64,000 nucleotides of DNA from Candidatus Bathyarchaeia archaeon (GTDB taxonomy: Bacteria; Patescibacteriota; Microgenomatia; PFEM01; JAFGMK01). Numbering within the stretch: the first letter of the stretch is position 1; each line of letters opens with the position of its first letter. The notes beneath the pieces are model-generated. The model had not been told where the DNA came from. It ran no database searches and was given only the letters and a program-made list of their open reading frames with translations. Below are positions 26,935-36,013 of the stretch, piece after piece. Where the stretch lies: positions 601-64,600 of the forward strand of contig DATKWK010000023.1 in the NCBI GenBank assembly GCA_035529595.1. Reading direction: 5' to 3'. The position numbers and the translations under genes are program-made.

Positions 26935-29132
26935 GATCACCGGAAGCTACTGCTGAGATAAAAAGCCGAATGATACCTCTTTTTATGAGAGATGCCTATA
27001 GGCAGACCGACGGTTGGTCAAAAGAAGCGCTTGATCAATTACCGCATCTCCTTACTGACGGAGATTTTTTCGATTTATTAAGAAGAGGTTTAGATGGTCT
27101 CAATAAAGAAGTTTGGCCAGTTTACCAAGCTTTCAGCGATGAAGCCAGAGTGGTTATTGCTGATCCTGACTATTTTGTTCAGCCTCGGCAGAGGAGTGAA
27201 GTCTTGAGACATTATGTCAGGAGACTCGGTCGTTCCTGGTGGTTAAAGGATGAAACCCGGGAGAATTATGAAAAGGTTTTCGAGAAAGACCAATACGGTT
27301 ATAGCTGGGCCGCGGGAAATCTTTGGGAAGGTTTAGGTTACCAGGTTTTAATCGATGCCCAGGATGAAGAAAAAGGCATTGTTTTAAGAGCCGATGAAGT
27401 CAGTATCAGCCGGGATTACTTAATTGGTTATTTGAATAATTATTTTAGCCGTTTCCGGTGTTTGAATATTCCCGAAAGAGTTCAGGCTTGTTTTGAGGCG
27501 ATTAACCGAAACCTTTGGCCGCTTGGCCGCCAGCCTCGCGACCGGCTGTTTTTTGATACGCCGGCGGTCTTTTTCTGGCTGGCCAGCGCCGGGTTTTTGT
27601 GTGAAGAAGGCCGGGTGACCGATTCAATGGCCTTTGAAAGCGGCTTTCTCAATCTTGAAGAGAGACTGGCGGCGACTAAAAAGAGACTGGCTGAATTAGA
27701 TCTTTTTAGCCAGCCTGATTTTCAAGAAAAGTATTTCCAGTTATTTGCCTTTATCAGTGATTATCTTTCTGATCACGGCCGGTTGGAGGAATTTGAGAAT
27801 TATCTTTCCTGGGTCGGCGACAGGACCGATCCTGATTTTGTTGCCCGGCTCTTTGGGGATGTTTATGTCAGCAATATCTATCCCCGAGGCGACCTTCCTG
27901 GGCTTTTGGGCAAAACTTACTTACTATCCAGGAAATTAAAAGCCGCCCTGCCTAATGATTCAGAGCAGAGAGTTGGTTTATCGGAGATTGAGGCTGATTT
28001 ATGGCGGCGTTGTCCGGGTGATATTTATCCCTTAAGACCGGAGCTGGTCAGTCCCGAACTGATTGCCCGCTTTCAGGAAAATCCGGCGGAATTTTGGCCG
28101 GAAATGTTTAGGCAGTTGGTGGCCTTGGAGATGGAAAGATTATTTAAAGGCCAGCCTCGGGTGAAAGGAATTTACGAAACCGCTGCCAATAGCGAGCGGA
28201 AACTGCTGCCTGACCTGATTGTTATTTTTGGCCATATTTTTGGTTTGGAGCCAAGCGAAGTTATCCGTTTGGCGGCGATCGGTTGCTTTGACTGGGCCGC
28301 GATTATTGAAAGAGATGACACTATTGATGATGGTGGTCTGAGGAAAGGCAGAAGACCGATGGCTGCTCAGGAAGGTGTCAGTCGGACGATTCGAATGACG
28401 ACGATTGCTCAAGCAGCAGCGACGCGGAACCTTTTGCCGCTTTGGGGCAAGGCGGCGACTGACGATTATTGCCAGATGGTCCAGCAGATGTATGATGCGG
28501 ATATGGAACTGGAAGAGACCGGTTTGGCGGCACCGGATGACCAAATCTGGCAGGCAATGGATAGACTGAATAGCGCCTTTAGCTGGTTTATTAACTGTAT
28601 GGCTGGTGTCAGAGCCAGGGATTTAGAGTCCGAAGCCGGGCAGCGCTTTATTGAAGCTGGTCAATCTTTCAGCGAGTTTATGTCCAGGATCAATATGATC
28701 GCCCAGCTGAAGAACGATTTCGAAGATTGGAATCAACCGCCTGGCAAGAAAAAACCGGGGGAAGATTTTGGTCATAAATTTAGCTTGCCACTACGGGAAT
28801 TACTAAAGCTGGTTAGTCCTAAAGAAAGGGCAACTATTCTTGAGGCCTATGCGAATCCAAAAGATGAGGAAATTAAAAGGCAAGCCCTAGAAATTGCCAA
28901 ACTATACCAGCCGCAAGTAATTGCCGCCTTAAAGCCAAGGGTCGAAGAAATTTACGAAAAAGCCAGATTGGCACTGGAAAAAGGATTTGAAGCGATTGCT
29001 GGTTTCCGACCGATGAATGGCGGCCCAGATCGGGTTAATCAGACCTACCAACAGCTTTTAGGGGATTATCTTGATAGCTTGCGAGATAGTTTATGTCAGT
29101 TAGGTAAGAGTCCTCAGGGTCAGCCGGTGTAA
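26931..29132 (+). CDS. 733-aa protein with a C-terminal trans-polyprenyl diphosphate synthase-like domain and a ~400-aa unknown N-terminal region
   Basis: First Asp-rich motif is DDTIDDGGLRKGRRP. A degenerate second motif NDFED is followed by PGKKKPGEDFGHKFSLP (the GKP.G.D...GK.TLP pattern). The start overlaps the upstream regulator (ATGA). Confidence 0.55.
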   Translation: MRSPEATAEIKSRMIPLFMRDAYRQTDGWSKEALDQLPHLLTDGDFFDLLRRGLDGLNKEVWPVYQAFSDEARVVIADPDYFVQPRQRSEVLRHYVRRLGRSWWLKDETRENYEKVFEKDQYGYSWAAGNLWEGLGYQVLIDAQDEEKGIVLRADEVSISRDYLIGYLNNYFSRFRCLNIPERVQACFEAINRNLWPLGRQPRDRLFFDTPAVFFWLASAGFLCEEGRVTDSMAFESGFLNLEERLAATKKRLAELDLFSQPDFQEKYFQLFAFISDYLSDHGRLEEFENYLSWVGDRTDPDFVARLFGDVYVSNIYPRGDLPGLLGKTYLLSRKLKAALPNDSEQRVGLSEIEADLWRRCPGDIYPLRPELVSPELIARFQENPAEFWPEMFRQLVALEMERLFKGQPRVKGIYETAANSERKLLPDLIVIFGHIFGLEPSEVIRLAAIGCFDWAAIIERDDTIDDGGLRKGRRPMAAQEGVSRTIRMTTIAQAAATRNLLPLWGKAATDDYCQMVQQMYDADMELEETGLAAPDDQIWQAMDRLNSAFSWFINCMAGVRARDLESEAGQRFIEAGQSFSEFMSRINMIAQLKNDFEDWNQPPGKKKPGEDFGHKFSLPLRELLKLVSPKERATILEAYANPKDEEIKRQALEIAKLYQPQVIAALKPRVEEIYEKARLALEKGFEAIAGFRPMNGGPDRVNQTYQQLLGDYLDSLRDSLCQLGKSPQGQPV

Positions 29133-29373
29133 GTTCTTCATTGGTCGGTCATGGAGTTTTTATTCATAATTGAGTGTCGATATGCCGGTGATTTCATATT
29201 GGGCTTGAACTTTCTTGACAAAACATTATTAACCACTAATCTTCTTACCTTGGGCAGATATGGACTACTGGTATAAGCCATTTTAAACATCCTTTCCGGC
29301 AAGTTATAGAACCAATATTTGATTCTACCAGTGTTTCCAAGGTATTGAGTAATTACATTAAGAGCCTATAGTA

Positions 29374-29402
29374 TTGACTTAATAACCTATTTTGGTTATA
29401 AT
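29374..29402 (+). promoter_or_regulatory. near-consensus sigma70-type promoter (TTGACT, 17-nt spacer, TATAAT)
   Basis: Read directly from the sequence. It lies ~440 nt upstream of the kinase-like gene. Confidence 0.45.
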
Positions 29403-29848
29403 TAGATTAGCTTTAGAGATCTTGGATTTCGTGAAGTTTTGGGGTCTCTAAAGAAGAGACCTATTTTAATAGGCGAAAGCTCTTTGACAATTGAAGATGG
29501 TTGTAGGGAGCTACCCCGGCACACTTCCGGTTATCCAATCAAGTTTCTGATCATCCATCTAGCTTGGATATAAAGGATTTTTTTGGTAATCGGAAAAGTG
29601 CGTCGGGATCGTCTCCCTACAACAAAGACCTTCTTTCTGCTGCTTGAGATTGGTTGGTGGCTTTTTGCAGCACAAGGGGACTTGTGTTCAGGAAGCCATC
29701 GGCCAATTGAAAAGCGGAAAAAGAAAGGAGGATTTGAAACCGCACCTTGAATGGGTCAAGGAAGTAAATTGGTAAATTAAAAGAAATGGACCCCAGTGAT
29801 GGCGAGGGTTGGAGTTTAAAACAGATCAAGTGCAAGTGAAGGAGTGAA

Positions 29849-30757
29849 ATGTCTAAGCAACAGTTGTGTGTTTCCGAAGTTCTGCCCGGTGCGTTCGTGG
29901 GCGTATCCTCCCAAACTATTCCGTGGGAGGAATTACCCGATCCTTTTGCACTTCCAATCCTCTCGGGAGCAACAGGAGTGGAGAAGGTGAATCTGGGGAA
30001 AAAGGCTCGGATGTGGCGAGCTGATTTGCCTTGCGGTCAACCGGTCCGTGTCAAGCAGGAGTCCCGTCTCGACCCTTGGTGGCACGAGGTTTGGTGTCTC
30101 AAACTCTTGCGCGATTACGACGCCGGTTTTCCGAGGTTGCTGGAAGTTCGAGAGGACGCACGGGTGATGGTTGTCACCGAACTCCCCGGTCAGAATACTG
30201 ACCATTATAGGGGGCCAGGTGTGGATCCCAGAACCCGTGTATCGATCCTGGAGCAGCTCGCTTTGCGGATGGAAGAAATGGCCGACATTGGTGTTGCCCA
30301 CGCCGATGTTTGGTGGGACAACGAGCTTTGGGATCCAGCGTCGGAAAGGCTCAGTATGGTGGACTTCGGCTCCAGTGCCCTCGTAGGTGATAAGCCTTTG
30401 GTGGCTATCCAGGGCCATCGTAAGAACCGAAATTCCAGGACGTGTCCTGGAATTCCTCACCATCCACCGGAGACGGTGTGGGAGTGGGAGCTCCCTCTTG
30501 TCGACGTCAACCGCTTCTACTACGCGGTGGAAGTGTTGGCTTTCGTCTGGGGAGAGGCTGTTGTCAGGCAAATTGCCTACACAAGCGAACTCCGTGTCAT
30601 GGTACCCTGGTTTGTGAGGCAAATGATCTCCCCCAAGACACCGGCCGAGGCAGGCTTACTAGAGGCTCTTTGTACGGCTTTAGACCCGCGCCCGGACCAT
30701 CGTGAAGCCAGCATCCCTGAGATGCTCGACCTCGCAAAGGAGGTGCTGATGCAGTAA
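29849..30757 (+). CDS. protein-kinase-like fold phosphotransferase; GC-rich
   Basis: VAHADVWWDNELWD resembles a catalytic loop and SMVDFGSS resembles a DFG motif. The gene is about 60% GC in one hand-counted sample. Confidence 0.45.
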   Translation: MSKQQLCVSEVLPGAFVGVSSQTIPWEELPDPFALPILSGATGVEKVNLGKKARMWRADLPCGQPVRVKQESRLDPWWHEVWCLKLLRDYDAGFPRLLEVREDARVMVVTELPGQNTDHYRGPGVDPRTRVSILEQLALRMEEMADIGVAHADVWWDNELWDPASERLSMVDFGSSALVGDKPLVAIQGHRKNRNSRTCPGIPHHPPETVWEWELPLVDVNRFYYAVEVLAFVWGEAVVRQIAYTSELRVMVPWFVRQMISPKTPAEAGLLEALCTALDPRPDHREASIPEMLDLAKEVLMQ

Positions 30758-31031
30758 TAACATAGGGAGACGAGGCCGGTAGGCTGATTTGAGCTGCGCT
30801 CTGCGCACAACAACTCAGACTCTACCGGCCCTCTCTTTTGGGCCTAAACGATTTAGATCCAAAAGAGAGGGATGACAGGAGGTTCAGTTTCAAGACAATA
30901 TTTTGCTTGCAGTTGCGGGATTTTATATAGTATACTCAGATTGTCTGCCTTAGGGGTGGAATTGAAAAGACGATTTGGGGGTATGATTTGCAGCATTTTG
31001 ATTAATTTTATGTAAATTATGTTGAGATAAA

Positions 31032-31883
31032 ATGGGCAAAGAAAAAGAACGGTCGGTTGTCTTTGCCGGTCAGAACAAATACTGGGGTACGGTTGAGGAA
31101 GCAACTCAATTTTGGACAGATATCGGTCTCAGTCATTTAATGATTAAAAGGGCAACTGATACCCGGCTGCTTGACGACCACGGCCGGCTGATCGAGACGG
31201 ATTTTGAAAAGCTGTCAAAACTTCAGGAAAAATACCAAGTAGACTATCATCTTCATCTTTATAATCTTATATTTGACGGTGTTTTTATGTCTCCGGCGCT
31301 TGAGAGAGCCCAACCGGTTTTCAGGGAGATTTTGGAAAATGTCGATCGGGCCATCGGCCGGTACCGACTGTATCCTTTAATTACCATCCATTTACCCAAA
31401 TACGCTGATCCCGAATACAATTTCGGCTTGAGTGAGGAAGCGGCTTTTCAGGCCAGCCGGAATTTTTTCCAAACACTTGATTTGGAATCGGAAGTAGCCT
31501 TGGAAACGATGCATGATCCCTTCAGGAACCCGGGACACGCTTTATTCGGCTACCAGGCTGACCATTTTAAAACATATATTCAGAGCAAAAATTTTGGTCT
31601 TTGTATTGATATCGGCCATTTGGTCATGGCCCAAGAGCCAATTCACCGATTTCTTGAGTTGCCTTATCCTCTATTGTGCGTTCATTTAAACGGAAACGAC
31701 GGGTCAAGCGACCAGCATCTTTTGCCGACAGAGGATAATGTCGGGGATTGTAGCAGTGTTGTCCAGGTTTTGAGAAACTGTCGCGGACCGATTGTTTTTG
31801 AAGTTAGAAAATATGCCTACTCCAAAGAGCAGGTACAGGATTGTCTCCGATTTTGGTCTGAAGCGGTCAAAAAGTCTTCTTAG
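31032..31883 (+). CDS. xylose-isomerase-like TIM-barrel protein (sugar phosphate isomerase/epimerase family)
   Basis: LCVHLNGNDG...HLLPTEDN and a C-terminal VFEVR, with the typical size. Confidence 0.45.
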   Translation: MGKEKERSVVFAGQNKYWGTVEEATQFWTDIGLSHLMIKRATDTRLLDDHGRLIETDFEKLSKLQEKYQVDYHLHLYNLIFDGVFMSPALERAQPVFREILENVDRAIGRYRLYPLITIHLPKYADPEYNFGLSEEAAFQASRNFFQTLDLESEVALETMHDPFRNPGHALFGYQADHFKTYIQSKNFGLCIDIGHLVMAQEPIHRFLELPYPLLCVHLNGNDGSSDQHLLPTEDNVGDCSSVVQVLRNCRGPIVFEVRKYAYSKEQVQDCLRFWSEAVKKSS

Positions 31884-32005
31884 GGTACCCGGATCTTATC
31901 GGTTTTCAAGTTCGGGAGAATTGCTTTTATCTGCCGGCAAGTATAGCTGCCACTTTAATTCCGAGATAATTACACTGTTTGTGTCTGGGGCAGATTTGGA
32001 AAATT

Positions 32006-33253
32006 TCATCTCAAGCTCACGGCATAGAGATTCGGCGGCTGGTTTTCGCCCAGTGAAGCCAAAATCAGGATCCGGTCACCGGAGGGGAAGGGGAAGGCAA
32101 AGCCATTAACAAACGGGCCGGTATAAACATCTGTCCAGTTGGTATTGTCGTACTCAAAGATCGTCACCTTGTTTTCCCGAACAAAAAAGAGATGCTGGGA
32201 GGTAGGGAACCAACTTAACGCTTTGGATGCAGAATTTGGAATTTGGAGTTTGGTATTTAGAATATCTTTTTCGTCGATCAGATAAAAATTCTTATCCTCA
32301 ATTAAATCGTAGATATAAATTTTGCCCGGTTCTATCCGTCGGTTTTCCGGTTGGCTATTGCTGGCCGGCAAAGATGCTAGCAGTTTTTCGGGAATCGTTG
32401 CCGAAGCCGTGGCGGTATAAAGAATCTTTTTTTCATTCGGGGCAAATTCGATGTCCACCGTGGTTTCTTTGATTACCTCTAGCAGTTTCTTTGGTAGTTT
32501 GCTAATTTGCTCATTTTTGCGCAAGATTCTTTCCTTATCCCATTGGTCTAAAATCGTGTCTAAATTAGGTGTAACATCAATTAAATCCGTAGTTTCGTTT
32601 AAGCGGTCGCTTTCGATGATGAAGTTTTCTGTTGCAGTGGTGCCTTGAGTTTTTCCCGGCCGGTTTTTGAGAGTAATCATAAGCTGTTTGGAATCGGGCG
32701 ACCAGCGGTAGCTGCTTTGAGAAAAGTCCCGGCCCCGGGGGGCGCTTTCCAGAATTTGCCTGGGTTCTCGTGAAAGACCAAGCGGTCGATCGGCCAGCTC
32801 CAGCATCCAGAGACCGGGTTTGCTAGCCGAAGCCGTGGCTACCGAGAAAGCAATTTTCTGGCTGTCGGGTGAAATAACCGGGTTGGCGGCGCCGGTATAA
32901 GTTAATGATTTTAAGGAGGGGAAAGTAGAAAAAAGGTAGGCATCGGTTTTGATAACCAGTTCTTTTTCAATGCTGAGTTTTTTCTTCCAGGGATGAAAGC
33001 CGTCTTTTTTAATCTCGACGTCGTAATCTCCGGGTGTAAGATTGACGGTGTCATCGGTGGCAGTTTTTAACTTGCCGTCAAGATAAACCGGGGCACCGTC
33101 GGGAATCGAGGAAGCAACCAGTAAGCCGGTAGGGGTAAGAGTCTTTGTTTCCGGGTTGATTCTTTCGCCGCGCGCAAAGCGGATGGCAATATAAGTCACG
33201 ATCGGGATCAGAATCAAAACCGCTAAAAAAATAAAGACGCGCTTAAAAGCCAT
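32006..33253 (-). CDS. membrane-anchored PEGA-domain plus TolB-like beta-propeller protein
   Basis: N-terminal TM helix. PEGA signature SSIPDGAPVYLDGK...TPGDYDVEIKKDGF, followed by SPDSQKIAF and WSPDSKQL propeller blades. Confidence 0.55.
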   Translation of the reverse strand: MAFKRVFIFLAVLILIPIVTYIAIRFARGERINPETKTLTPTGLLVASSIPDGAPVYLDGKLKTATDDTVNLTPGDYDVEIKKDGFHPWKKKLSIEKELVIKTDAYLFSTFPSLKSLTYTGAANPVISPDSQKIAFSVATASASKPGLWMLELADRPLGLSREPRQILESAPRGRDFSQSSYRWSPDSKQLMITLKNRPGKTQGTTATENFIIESDRLNETTDLIDVTPNLDTILDQWDKERILRKNEQISKLPKKLLEVIKETTVDIEFAPNEKKILYTATASATIPEKLLASLPASNSQPENRRIEPGKIYIYDLIEDKNFYLIDEKDILNTKLQIPNSASKALSWFPTSQHLFFVRENKVTIFEYDNTNWTDVYTGPFVNGFAFPFPSGDRILILASLGENQPPNLYAVSLR

Positions 33254-33319
33254 ACTAAATTAGATATTTTACCATCGTTTGGATATTGAAAACAGTAGAT
33301 CTTTTCCGGCTCTATTTTT

Positions 33320-34183
33320 TTAGGCAGCCAGCGGTAACATATTCGGTTTTACTGGGGAAATTATTCTGATGTTTTGATTCCAGTCCTCCAGGTTGAGATT
33401 ACCGTCAGTCAGGCACAAGCCGGTCTGAGATGAAAATCGAATCTGCGTGCCAAGAAGCCTCAGACCATGTTTAAGCCAAAGAGGCTCATCAGCATTTTTA
33501 ACAAAAGTAATTCCAGCAAATTTAGCCATGATTTCGCTGTCTTGTCCTCCCAAGAAACCCAAGCCGATAATTATGAAATATAGTGGATTATTTGTTTTTA
33601 CTAACTTAGGAAGTAATTGGTTAAATCGGGTTATCGCCTCCTCAATTCCGGCTTTTAGGCCGCTGGTAATAAGCATTAAGTCTGTTTGATGGAGAGGTGA
33701 TTTTAAAGATTGTAGCAGGCCGGTCCAACTGGTAGCTTCATCGGCTGTCAGTGAACCGTTTTGAAGCTTTCTGGCCAGTTGTTCTGCCAGTGGGTTAGTA
33801 TCAGAGGTAAAGTGAGTTTCTGCCCGGACGCCGACGAATCCGACTTCGTGGTGGTAGGTTCCGATTACCAAATCATCAAGGCAGGGGCCGGTAGAAAATT
33901 TTTCAGCTGCCGATTCTGATTTCGGAACAACCAGGGTTTTTCCCGGTTGCCAGTATTGGTAACCGCCGGCCTCGACCATGGCCTGCTGGTCAAGCTGTTC
34001 CAACTGATAAAGACAGTCAACTTTTTTTCGGGCAGTTAATCTTAATGAAGATCCGATACGGGAAGGATCGGGAGGATAATGTAAACAGTTATAAATACTG
34101 GCATCAAGATCGCCAAGTGTCTCCTGATACATCCGACGCAGTGCTTGTCGATTGTTGGTTACTGGCGTTTCTTCGGTGCTCAT
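33320..34183 (-). CDS. hypothetical protein
   Basis: 287-aa ORF with no motif I recognise. Confidence 0.45.
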   Translation of the reverse strand: MSTEETPVTNNRQALRRMYQETLGDLDASIYNCLHYPPDPSRIGSSLRLTARKKVDCLYQLEQLDQQAMVEAGGYQYWQPGKTLVVPKSESAAEKFSTGPCLDDLVIGTYHHEVGFVGVRAETHFTSDTNPLAEQLARKLQNGSLTADEATSWTGLLQSLKSPLHQTDLMLITSGLKAGIEEAITRFNQLLPKLVKTNNPLYFIIIGLGFLGGQDSEIMAKFAGITFVKNADEPLWLKHGLRLLGTQIRFSSQTGLCLTDGNLNLEDWNQNIRIISPVKPNMLPLAA

Positions 34184-34412
34184 AGTATTTCTAGATTTTA
34201 GGTCTTAATTTTATCATATTTCCGGTCACTGGCCAAAAACATAAGTTGTTAATAAATTACTGTTCTTAACTAATCGTTGATTTTGTGGTATAAATTGCTT
34301 GACTGTCTTTTTTGATATGGTAAAGAAGTCTTTTCAGGCACGAAAATATTCAATATAACAATCTATATCAGAGCGTAATAAAATTATAATTTAGCAGCTG
34401 ATTCTTGATAAA

Positions 34413-35426
34413 ATGAATCTGATGCTTTTTAAACAGTTAGGTATTGATTTGGGAACCGCCAACTCGGTCGTCTATTTAGCCGGCAAGGGGATTGTTTTAA
34501 ACGAGCCGACGGTGGTAGCTGTTTCCTTAGACGATAACCGGGTGGTAGCGGTGGGCAAAGAAGCCAAAGAAATGCTTGGCCGGACGCCCGGCAATATCCG
34601 CGCTTCACGGCCGATGCGTGACGGAGTGATTGCCGATTATGTGATCACCGAGGCGATGCTTCGTTATTTCGTTCAAAAGGTTTGCGGCCGGAATATTTTT
34701 TTTAAACCTGAGGTGATGATTTGTGTTCCCGCCGGCTGTACCCAAGTTGAGCGGCGGGCGGTTTTGGACGCGACTTTGCAAGCCGGCGCCCGGGTAGCTT
34801 ATTTGATTGATGAACCGCTAGCGGCGGCAATTGGCGCCAAAATTCCGATTGCCAATCCTTCCGGCAATATGATTGTGGACATCGGCGGCGGGGCGGCTGA
34901 GGCGGCCGTCATTTCTCTTGGCGGAGTTGTGGTTCATAAATCGGTCCGGGTAGCCGGCAATAAGCTTGATGAGGCGATTGCCGCCTATGTCCGTAAAAAA
35001 CACAATCTGATTATCGGCGACCAGACCGCTGAGCAGGTGAAAATCCAAATCGGTTCGGCTTTACCTCTATCGAAAGAAGAAAAAATGGAAGTTAAAGGCC
35101 GGGACAGCATTATGGGCCTGCCTAAATTGATTACTTTGACGTCAACTGAAGTAGCCGAAGCGATTAGAGGCTCACTCAACCAGATAATCGGAACGATCAA
35201 AGCAGTTTTTGAAGAGACCCCGCCGGAACTGACCAGTGATATAATTGATAAAGGGATTGTCATGAGCGGCGGTACTTCGCTCTTGCGAAACTTCGATAAA
35301 CTGATCACCGCCGAAATCGGAGTTCCGGCCCATGTGGCTGAAGACCCGCTGCTTTGCGTCGTAAAGGGCACCGGCGTAGCTCTCGAGAATATTGCTCTTT
35401 ATAAACGCTCGATTACTAAAAAATGA
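34413..35426 (+). CDS. mreB: rod-shape-determining actin homolog MreB
   Basis: GIDLGTANSVVY phosphate-1 motif, IVDIGGG, VMSGGTSLLRNFDKLI. Confidence 0.9.
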   Translation: MNLMLFKQLGIDLGTANSVVYLAGKGIVLNEPTVVAVSLDDNRVVAVGKEAKEMLGRTPGNIRASRPMRDGVIADYVITEAMLRYFVQKVCGRNIFFKPEVMICVPAGCTQVERRAVLDATLQAGARVAYLIDEPLAAAIGAKIPIANPSGNMIVDIGGGAAEAAVISLGGVVVHKSVRVAGNKLDEAIAAYVRKKHNLIIGDQTAEQVKIQIGSALPLSKEEKMEVKGRDSIMGLPKLITLTSTEVAEAIRGSLNQIIGTIKAVFEETPPELTSDIIDKGIVMSGGTSLLRNFDKLITAEIGVPAHVAEDPLLCVVKGTGVALENIALYKRSITKK

Positions 35427-36007
35427 AACAGATTGTAAAAGATATGAAGTTGAAAAATCACCCTAAGAAAATCTATTTGTATGGGGCGGTTACTATTTTT
35501 TCTTTTACGGCTCTTTTTCTTTTATCGCGGCACGTTAAACGGCAGTTTCTCTGGAACCACTCCGCCGCACAAAAACAGGCGGAAGAGGATCTACCCAGTT
35601 GCCCTCCCGGGACTGTTTTATCAAGAGTATCCAAATTTAAGGGCAGTTTCGAGAATATTGAGCAATTGGATATCAAGGATGAAGCAAATTACCAGGCTGA
35701 ATGGCGGTGTGATCCCAGTCAACCAGCTACTGAAGAGGCGAAGACTTTTTCCGACTTGTTTTGCGGTTGTTCCGATGATTATCAACCGGTTTGCGGTGGA
35801 GATTATTACACTCACCAAAATACCTGCGTGGCCAAATGTATCGGTACCACAGTAGCCTATCAGGGTGAATGCCGGATTTATAAAAAAGAAACGCCTTCGG
35901 CAGGTTGCCTGGCTTGTACCGATAAATGTCCGGACAACCAGGTCTTCTATGAAGACGAAAAAGGCTGTCCGGTGTGCGAATGCCGATTGGGTGAGGGACA
36001 GTGGTAG
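35423..36007 (+). CDS. secreted Kazal-like Cys-rich protein, a paralog of 7338..7727
   Basis: CGCSDDYQPVCGGDYYTHQNTCVAKC and a terminal CPVCEC, as in the paralog. Confidence 0.5.
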   Translation: MKQIVKDMKLKNHPKKIYLYGAVTIFSFTALFLLSRHVKRQFLWNHSAAQKQAEEDLPSCPPGTVLSRVSKFKGSFENIEQLDIKDEANYQAEWRCDPSQPATEEAKTFSDLFCGCSDDYQPVCGGDYYTHQNTCVAKCIGTTVAYQGECRIYKKETPSAGCLACTDKCPDNQVFYEDEKGCPVCECRLGEGQW

Positions 36008-36013
36008 TTACTT

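Noticed and set aside
29933-30622. 229-aa minus-strand ORF opposite the kinase-like gene
   Set aside because: The plus-strand 302-aa ORF carries the catalytic-loop and DFG-like motifs. The minus-strand translation has no features.
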